Shown: positions 56,581-64,000 of the stretch, piece by piece
Position numbering within the stretch: the stretch's first letter is position 1
Layout of the letters: the number at the start of each line of letters is the position of its first letter
Assembly (NCBI GenBank): GCA_026936335.1
Contig: JAPMXV010000008.1
Span: 186,001-250,000 of the forward strand
Reading direction: 5' to 3'
Length of the DNA: 64,000 nt
From: Mantamonas sphyraenae STR306
Taxonomy: Eukaryota; Protista; CRuMs
Translations under genes and position numbers: made by a program
The notes under the pieces: generated by a model
Databases searched by the model: none
What the model saw: the letters and a program-made list of their open reading frames with translations, nothing else
What the model was told of the DNA's origin: nothing

Positions 56581-59500
56581 ATGGGCAAACGGCGTATTGT
56601 CCGGTGCTCGCCGCACGAGCGTGGCATCTTCATTGTGGGCAGTTCGGCCGACCTGCGCCTGTACTACGTCGGGACAGGACGCGCACGCGAAGAGAGCGTA
56701 CTGGGAGTAGGTTCTGGAGAGCTGATGATCCACACACTCGTGTGGCCTTTCGGAATGAGGTTTGTGCTGACCCCATGTGGCATCTGACACTCGTACACAG
56801 ATTGCAAGCGGGGTCAAGAACCTGTTTGGCAGTGCCAATGGAGGCAAAGAGACAGTTAGCACAAGTAGGTTGCGTGATTGCAAGACGCACACACGGCCGC
56901 AGCTTTTCACGCACGCGCACCCACGCACTCACGCACACGGCCACCCCCTCACCCTGCAGCTCCAGCCAACGATCAAACAGAGAATGGGCGCTCGATGTCG
57001 TCCATGAGCGACAGCGTGGAGCTGCTCAGTTTGAACAGCGACATCTCGCAAGTGCGGGTACGTTTCCGCTCGGGCGAACCATTTCCTCTCGGACGGCGCC
57101 CACGCACGCCACACACACGCATGTACTGACCTGTCACACGCAACCCTCCCAATGTCCATGTACACAGTGCCTGTCGTGGTCCATGGACCCGCAGGCGCCT
57201 CGCCTGATAGGTATTGGCACAGCGACGACCAAGGTGCTGCTGACACAGTTCACCTCGACCTCAGCCATTGTCAAGGAGTTTCTGGCCAAACACAACCGAG
57301 CATGCAACGCGCTTGCTTTCAATCCCTTTTACCACAACCATCTGGCGGCAGGATACGAAAAGGTCAGGAATGGGCTGTGCACCATGATCTGGGATGTAAA
57401 CGCGGCTGGCGACTCGCGATCCACGTTTGGCAGTAGTTCGACAAGCAGCAGCTCAACAAGCGGCACGTCGTCTTCTTCTTCCTCGTCGTCCGGGTCGTCG
57501 TTGAACACGCATGGCGCAAACATCAACAGCACGGGGGACACGACCACGTTTTACATCAGCAGCGCACAGAGTGCAGTCAGCGTGAGCAAACCGCTGATGG
57601 AGTTTCAACAGAACGAAGCAAGTGTGGCGTTGTCGTGGCTGCCGGACCAGCCCAACTGTCTGGCAGTGGGCACATCGTTCAAGTGGCTGCGTGTGTATGA
57701 TCTGCGCACAGACGTCAATGTGTCTCGCTACGTCATGGCACACAACAAGTCGGTCAACGGCGTGTGCTTTGACCCCTTCAACAGCAATGTGCTTGCCACA
57801 TTTTCCGACGACGGCCTGATCAAGGCGTGGGACACGCGCAAGCTGAGCCAGCCCCTGTTGACCCTCAAGTCTCCGGGCAAGCATGTGCAGCAGATCAGCT
57901 GGTGTCCCACGCGCCCAGGCATTCTGGCGTCCATCTGCGAGGGTGACAACAGCGTGCGGCTGTGGGATTTGCAGAACGGAGGTAGCAGCACCGGAGGCAA
58001 CGAGGACGACGTGAGCCAATCGCAGCCTGTGAAGACGGTGGTGACCAGCGACTCGGTGGCATCTGTGGCTTGGAGCTTCCACGACGACTATCGCATGTTG
58101 ACTGTGTCACACTCGGGTGTCATCATGAACAGGCTGATGCACGAGTCGATCCCAATCGACTGGAGCGCACAAGGCGACATGGTTCTTGCGTACGGCAAGC
58201 GTGCAGGTGTGTATGTGCCGCACCGCCTGTCGCGTGCCTCCAAGGCCCAGCTGGCTGAGCACGACCTGGCTGCAGAGCAAGCCAAGGGCAAGGCTGACAT
58301 CTCTCTGCTGATGCGCATGCGTGTCGCGCATGGCTATGCCCTCGACGTCCAGCGCAACATCGAGCTGTTTGCCAACTCGGGAGACTCCGATCTGGAGTTT
58401 GTGTGGCGCTGGATGGCCACGGTGGAGAAGTTGTTCACCGTGTCGCTGCCAGACACCGCCTCGCCGTACAAGGCACGTGGCAAGGGCGATTCGCATGACT
58501 GTACATATCCGGGCGTGCTGTCCATCATCCGCAACAGCCAGCAGCGACGTGACGTGTCTGTGGACCAGGTGCTGTCGCAAAAGACTCAGGCCTCGGGGTC
58601 GACAACAACAGGCACGACGTCCTCGTCCTCACAGCAATCCAGCGGTGGTACGGGACTCAATGTGAACCGTGCCTCGTCGACTGTGTCCGCAGACCAATTT
58701 GCTCTGGTGGGCTACGACGTGTACGTGTCGCCACGCAGGCAGCTGGTGCTGATGGTGTGCGATTGGGGCTTCAACGACTACAATCGTGAGGAGCGCATTG
58801 TGGCTCTGGAGGAACAGGGGAGGTACGAAGAGGCGGCTGCGTTGGCGCTGTTCAACCTGGATCTGCAGCGTGCTGTGTATGGTCTGATGGACGGCAGCAA
58901 GGTGGACCAGCAGCTGGAGCTGGTGGCCATGTCGCTGGCCGGGTACACGCGACGCACAAACGCTCTGTGGAAGCAGCTGTGTAGCCGTATGATGGCCCAG
59001 CTGGAGAACCCGTACCTGACTGCAATGTTTGCCTTTCTGTCCAACGACGACGAGGCCTTTGAATCCATCACGTACAACCCTGCCCTGCCGCTGTCGTTCC
59101 GCGTGGCCTTTGCCTGCAAGTTTCTGGACGACGAACAGCTGGAGTCGTACCTGACCTCCATGACAGACATGTATGTGGCTTCTGGAGACCTCACGGGCGT
59201 GCTGCTGACGGGTCTGTCCCAGGAGGAGGGTGTGGCGCTCATGCAGGCGTACGTGGACCGCACCGCCGACGTGCAAACCGCGGCGCTGGTGATGAGTGCA
59301 GTGGTGCCGCGGCGCTTCAAGAGCCCGTTTGCGAGCCAAGCGTTGGACACATACCGGGAGCTGCTGGACAGGTGGCAATTGTGGTATGACCGTGCCAAGC
59401 TGGACACAATGCGGTACCGCGAGAGCAAACCGGCGCCGCAGGTGTTGGCACGGTGCAACTTTTGCAACCAGAGCCTGTCACTGGTGAGTGTGGGGGGTCC

Positions 59501-60449
59501 ACGACGCAAGGGGTACATGCAAAAGTACTCGAACCGAGGCGGGTCGTCGGGAACGTCGCGTAGCGCAAAGAGCAAGACGGCAGGATGTCCCAATTGTCGC
59601 AAGCCACTGCCTCGCTGCTCCGTGTGTCTGCTGTCGCTGGAAACAGGCAACCCTGCGACCGGTGTGCAGAGCAAGGTGCGTGCACAAAGGGAGCAGGGCG
59701 TTGGGGCAGAGGAGCACAAGAGCGCGTGCGACGATTGGTTCACGTGGTGCCAGACTTGTCGCCACGGCGGACACATGAAACACCTTGTGGATTGGTTCTC
59801 CACGGGCCATGACGAGTGTGCAGTCAGTGGGTGCCACTGCCAGTGCATGCAGCTGGACGGGAAGATTTACAACTTTTCGCCTCAGGCGCAGGCGTCGAGC
59901 GAGGCCGAGGCATCGGTCAACAACGCCGGGCCGAGTGGCACAGGTACAGGCACAGGCAGCGGGTCTGTGGCTGGGGGAAGCAGCAGCGGAGCGTCGACAA
60001 CACAGGCGGGTACACCGGCGGGGATGATGAGCACGTCGTCGTCGTCGTCGTCCCTGTCGTTGCTGGCCAAGGGAGGCGGCGAGACAGAAGGCAAGGGAAG
60101 CCTGGAAGTGGTGGTGGAGGGGAGTGACATGGTCGAGCACAGCCCCATGGGAAGCAGCATGGGGGAGGGATTTGGAGACGATGGAAGCGAAACGAGCGGC
60201 AACACGGGCGAGGGCAGTGTCTACGGCGAGGGCGTACACACGGGGAAAACAGTGGGACGCGTGCGGCGTGTGCGTGTGCGCAAGAGTGCAAGTGCAGCAC
60301 GCAACAGCGCGCGACGCAATGCGGCAAAGCGAAAGAGCAGCAGCATGCGCAGCGGAGCACGCAAGTCCAAGCGGGAAGAAGGCGGCGCTGGAGGAAGCAC
60401 TGGAGGTGGGAGTGCAAGTGGGAGTGTGGCGGGCAGCAACAATCCATGA
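56581..60449 (+). CDS. MIOS: GATOR2 subunit MIOS/Sea4 (4 exons)
   Basis: Exons 56581-56706, 56801-56864, 56960-57057, 57168-60449; WD40 repeats, RVAFACKFL, YVDRTADVQTA, CPNCRKPLPRC, WFTWCQ.CRHGGH RING. Confidence 0.93.
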
Positions 60450-61603
60450 GGACAGCTGTGTGTCGGGAATGGAACCAAAACAAAACCTTTCTCTCCAGGA
60501 TGTGGATTTGGGACAGGGAACTGGATCTGTTTGCATTTGGCACACCGTTGGTGATGGCATTGGCGCTGTTGCCGACGTTGTGGATGGTGGACGGGGACAC
60601 GGTGCCGCCGTTGGCGTACCTTTTGTGTGTCGTGTGCATCGATGTGGGCCACGTGTGGGCGTCGTTGTTCCGGACATACCTGGACACGGAGCAATGGAAC
60701 CACAATGCGAGGCTGTACACGTGGTCGCCGTTTGGCATCATGGCGCTTAGTTTTGCGCTGAATTATTATTCGCACGTGCTGTTCTGGTCGATTGTGGCGT
60801 ACGTGGCGCTTTTCCACTTCATTTCGCAAAACTACGGCTTTTTGAGCCTGTACAAAGTGCGTGCGGGAGAAAAGGACAGCAGCGACTTTAATTGGGACTA
60901 TTACACTCTGGTGGTGGGGGCCGGGGTGCCTGTGTTGCTGTGGCACGCAAGTCCAACGCGGCGGTACGCGTGGTTCGGTGTCGGCGAACGCTGGTTTGTG
61001 CAACTGAGCCCAGCCTTGATTCCAGCTCTCTATGCAGTGTACATTGCAGTGGCCGTGGCGTATGCAGTGCGTGCGTGGCGCATGTACCGTTCGGGCGGGC
61101 AGCTGAACTGGGGCAAACTTCTTGTGATGGCCGCACACTGGCTGACGTGGGGCGTTGGAGCTGTGCTGGACCACGAGCTGCTCTCCATGGCGTTTCTCAA
61201 CCTTTTCCATGGCATCCCCTTCTTTGTGATTGTGTACATGGTGTCCAGGAGACGCATGGAAGACAAGGGGACAAACGCAGCGGCGGCGGCGGCGGAAACC
61301 GCCAAACTGGACAAGGTCAACCTGGCCCTGACGGCTCGGTGGGACTACTATGTTGGCTTTCTGGTGGCCGTGGCTGTGTTGGAGGCTGCTTTGTGGGATA
61401 TCTTTCTGTTCCAGTTCTACCTGCCGGACATGCTGGGCCTGCAGGTGGCAGCGCTCACAGACACGTACCGTGCGCTGGCCACGGCTGTGCTGTCGTTGCC
61501 GCAGATTCTGCACTATTGGCTCGATGCACACATCTGGAAGCTGGATGGGCGCAATGTGGGACTGCACGAGGCGTTGTTTGGCCGGCACTCGGACGACGAG
61601 TAG
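60446..61603 (+). CDS. Polytopic membrane protein with four His motifs, function unknown; intronless
   Basis: IDVGHVWASLFRTYLD, FHFISQNYG, FHGIP, HYWLDAHIWK; start is 60446 or 60500. Confidence 0.75.
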   Translation: MRTAVCREWNQNKTFLSRMWIWDRELDLFAFGTPLVMALALLPTLWMVDGDTVPPLAYLLCVVCIDVGHVWASLFRTYLDTEQWNHNARLYTWSPFGIMALSFALNYYSHVLFWSIVAYVALFHFISQNYGFLSLYKVRAGEKDSSDFNWDYYTLVVGAGVPVLLWHASPTRRYAWFGVGERWFVQLSPALIPALYAVYIAVAVAYAVRAWRMYRSGGQLNWGKLLVMAAHWLTWGVGAVLDHELLSMAFLNLFHGIPFFVIVYMVSRRRMEDKGTNAAAAAAETAKLDKVNLALTARWDYYVGFLVAVAVLEAALWDIFLFQFYLPDMLGLQVAALTDTYRALATAVLSLPQILHYWLDAHIWKLDGRNVGLHEALFGRHSDDE

Positions 61604-61866
61604 ATGGAGAGCTGGAATGGCAGGGGGGATGGGGTGTCAGGAATGGAGGCATGGAAGCTTGTGGATGGTTTTGTCAATGGCGGTTGGATCCAGATCTGCG
61701 CTGCAGCTGGCAATCAAAGGTGTGTTGGTGCTGTTGTGGAGGTGGATTTTCATGTGTGATGGGAGTAGACAACGGGAGAACTGACACCTTGGATGCATGG
61801 ACGTCGTGTCTTGTGTGTCTTCTTGTGGGACGACACACAGAGCGGGAGAGAGCGACAGAGTGAGAG

Positions 61867-64000
61867 ATGTCTGCGGCGGTGGCGGAGCAGAATCATCACG
61901 TGGCCGACATTGGCAAGATTCTCCTCGATGTGCAACACGACTTGCATGCGCTACGGCAGAAGTTGGAGTCGATGGTGACACAGGGCACGCTGCCACAGAG
62001 TGCATTTGAGGATGCCAGCAGCATCATCGGGAAAGCAGAGAGCGAACTCAGGGCAAAGGTGAGAGAGCATGATGGGTGCAACGGCTCGTGCACTCTAGAC
62101 GACGCCGCAGAGACTGACACGACCCCGCAACAGGCGGATCTTGTGCTCCGATGCGTAAACGAACAAGTCAACTTGTTCCCAAACATGCAGGCAGCGATGT
62201 GGAAGGGCGCAGGGATTGGCAAGCGGCCCAAGACGGCGGGTGGGGCCGGCTCCCAAACGGGGCAGAGCACAGACGAGTTCCTGGCGAGTCGGACGGTGAA
62301 CATGCGACGTAAACTGGGTGCCAACGAGGGGGAAGAAGGCATGGGGCAGGGCACAGTACTTCAGGCAGGGACACAGCGGGGCACAATGGCTGGTGGAGGG
62401 TCAGTGTCGGGAGCGACGACACCACGCACGCCACGCACGCCTCGGTCGGGAAACAAGAACGCAGCAGGGACTCCGACAGGGAAGCTGTGGGTAAAACGAG
62501 CACACGAACGCACACATGTAAAGGGCAAGGACCTGGGTGTGGATCCGAAGGCGGCGAAAGCACCGCAGGTGAGTTTGCAGGAGATGCACCGGACAGGGGT
62601 GTTGGATCTGATGAACAGGGGCGTGCTGCCGATGAAGGCGGACCTGGATGCGGCGTTTGAAGAGACGGGGGGTGCGCCAGTGCGTGTGACACGTGCGCCG
62701 TTGGCAAGTGCGGCGAGCGGGAGGAAGCAACGTGGGCAGCGGCAACACATTCAGACGTCATCGAGCGCAGGGTTCAACATGTCGAGCATCCGTCTGGATT
62801 TGCACGCCATGGAGAACCGGAACGAGGTGGAAGAGTACCAGGAGCGGATGGCGAGGCTGTCGCGTGAGTACAAGCAAATGCCCGAGCAGGAACGGCTGCG
62901 GCAGGAGGCCGAGGCCCAGGCGAGAGCAGATGCAGAGGCAAGAGAAGCACGGGAGGCGGCCGAGGCGGCCTTGAGGGAGGAGGAGGAAGAGGAAGCGAGG
63001 AAGAATGAGGATCCGGAAATGGCGTTGTTCCGCAAGCAGATGGAGAGGCTGACCAAAAAGACGGGGGGCGAGGCCAATGGAGAGGCGAGCAGGCGAAGCA
63101 GCGGAAGCGATTCGACGGCAAACGCAAATGCGGTGGCATTGGAAGCGCAGCTTGGAAGCAAGCGACAGGTGTTGCACTTTCTGATCCGGAAGGGCAAAGC
63201 GTTGGACACGACGCCCGAGTTTGTGCAACTACGCGAACGCAATGTGCACAGTTGGGGCCAGGTACTGTCTGTGATCCGACTGCTGGAAAAGATGTGCCAG
63301 CAGTTCTCTGTGCCGCTGGCCATTGTGGACGCCGGCCGTGTGGAGATGCTGGCCAACGACGCGCTGGAGTCGTTGGATGTGGAGCGACTGATGAGCAGTG
63401 TGATCAACGAGGATCTGGTGCGGCCGGTGGTGGAAAAGAGTGGGCGGCGATTCGTGGGCTGGAATGGGGAAGAGTTGGCAGCGGTGCGTATCCAGGCGGC
63501 GTACCGTGGCCACGTGCAGCACAAGCGGTACAACCGATTCATCAAAGAGCACCATGCGAGCCATCAGATCCAGGATGCGTGGCGATGTTTCCAGATGCGC
63601 AAGCAGACAGAGCAAACGGTGGCGGAGTTGCGTGCGAGCCGACGACAGGAGTTTGACCACCTTCAGCAGGTGCTTGCTGCAGACTGGCCGGTGTTGCGTG
63701 AGGCAAGGCGCACGTTGATCCACCTGCCAAGCATTTCGAGTGAGAGGCGACAGCGTCGCACGGAACCTGCGTTTGCGACAATGCAGGCAGCGCAGATGAG
63801 CCGCCTGTGCGACCTGCGGGATCCTCTGGTGAGCATCATCTACATTTCGCCACAGGAGCCTTCGGAAGACCTTGTGGAATACTATCTGGCGCTGTTGGGA
63901 GCCGGAGGCGTGGAGAATGCGCAGAGCAGGCTGAAGATTGTGTTTCCGGAGAACTGCGAACGGTTCCCCGAACACTTTTCGCTGACGCAGACACTGCTTT
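61867..64000 (+). CDS. IQCH: IQ-motif protein H-like, 3' end outside the window (missing from the ORF track because no stop is reached)
   Basis: MSAAVAEQNHHVADIGKILLDVQHDL..LRQKL; AAVRIQAAYRG and IQDAWR IQ motifs; RTLIHLPS, QMSRLCDL.DP, VFPEN; same frame at 61867 and 63961. Confidence 0.8.
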   Translation, partial: MSAAVAEQNHHVADIGKILLDVQHDLHALRQKLESMVTQGTLPQSAFEDASSIIGKAESELRAKVREHDGCNGSCTLDDAAETDTTPQQADLVLRCVNEQVNLFPNMQAAMWKGAGIGKRPKTAGGAGSQTGQSTDEFLASRTVNMRRKLGANEGEEGMGQGTVLQAGTQRGTMAGGGSVSGATTPRTPRTPRSGNKNAAGTPTGKLWVKRAHERTHVKGKDLGVDPKAAKAPQVSLQEMHRTGVLDLMNRGVLPMKADLDAAFEETGGAPVRVTRAPLASAASGRKQRGQRQHIQTSSSAGFNMSSIRLDLHAMENRNEVEEYQERMARLSREYKQMPEQERLRQEAEAQARADAEAREAREAAEAALREEEEEEARKNEDPEMALFRKQMERLTKKTGGEANGEASRRSSGSDSTANANAVALEAQLGSKRQVLHFLIRKGKALDTTPEFVQLRERNVHSWGQVLSVIRLLEKMCQQFSVPLAIVDAGRVEMLANDALESLDVERLMSSVINEDLVRPVVEKSGRRFVGWNGEELAAVRIQAAYRGHVQHKRYNRFIKEHHASHQIQDAWRCFQMRKQTEQTVAELRASRRQEFDHLQQVLAADWPVLREARRTLIHLPSISSERRQRRTEPAFATMQAAQMSRLCDLRDPLVSIIYISPQEPSEDLVEYYLALLGAGGVENAQSRLKIVFPENCERFPEHFSLTQTLL

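Noticed and set aside
6390-60449. Functional lysosome/autophagy gene cluster (RAB32 x2, ATG3, VPS10, acid phosphatase, MIOS)
   Set aside because: The genes are interspersed with unrelated ones and the number is unremarkable among 36 genes
11402-61588. Long antisense or alternate-frame ORFs (e.g. 11402-12961, 16282-17703, 40941-43148, 51177-52877, 60221-61588)
   Set aside because: They shadow well-supported genes, lack motifs, and are expected at high GC with biased codon use

Overview
Eukaryotic nuclear DNA of roughly 60% GC (estimated by eye) from an extremely compact genome. SAS-6, IQCH and an androglobin-like gene point to a flagellated organism; a free-living protist is my inference, and I cannot name the species. 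I reconstruct 36 protein-coding genes (two cut by the window edges) with about 41 short GT-AG introns, and most intergenic gaps are under 100 nt. I found no rRNA, tRNA, CRISPR array or mobile element. Most genes are conserved housekeeping or cell-biology genes: GET3, two RAB32 copies, LAS1, ATG3, DIS3L, SDE2, SAS6, E2F, UQCC2, VPS10, nicastrin, cyclin K, AFG3L2, TRAPPC2, NUDCD1, MTO1, PGD, MIOS. The most notable signals are: (1) multi-gene G/C skew domains that ignore gene orientation and flip near 11 kb and 34.6 kb; (2) operon-like packing with possible TGATG/ATGA stop-start overlaps and a recurrent AATGNA motif after stop codons; (3) a protein joining paxillin-type LD motifs to a five-LIM PINCH-type array; (4) a divergent Tom40/VDAC-like beta-barrel with a large insertion; (5) a membrane protein with a prohormone-like Gly-Arg pentapeptide array; (6) perfect E2F sites inside introns of SAS6 and E2F. 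Five single-base frameshifts in conserved genes are most likely homopolymer sequencing errors. All family calls come from motif recognition by eye, not from database searches.
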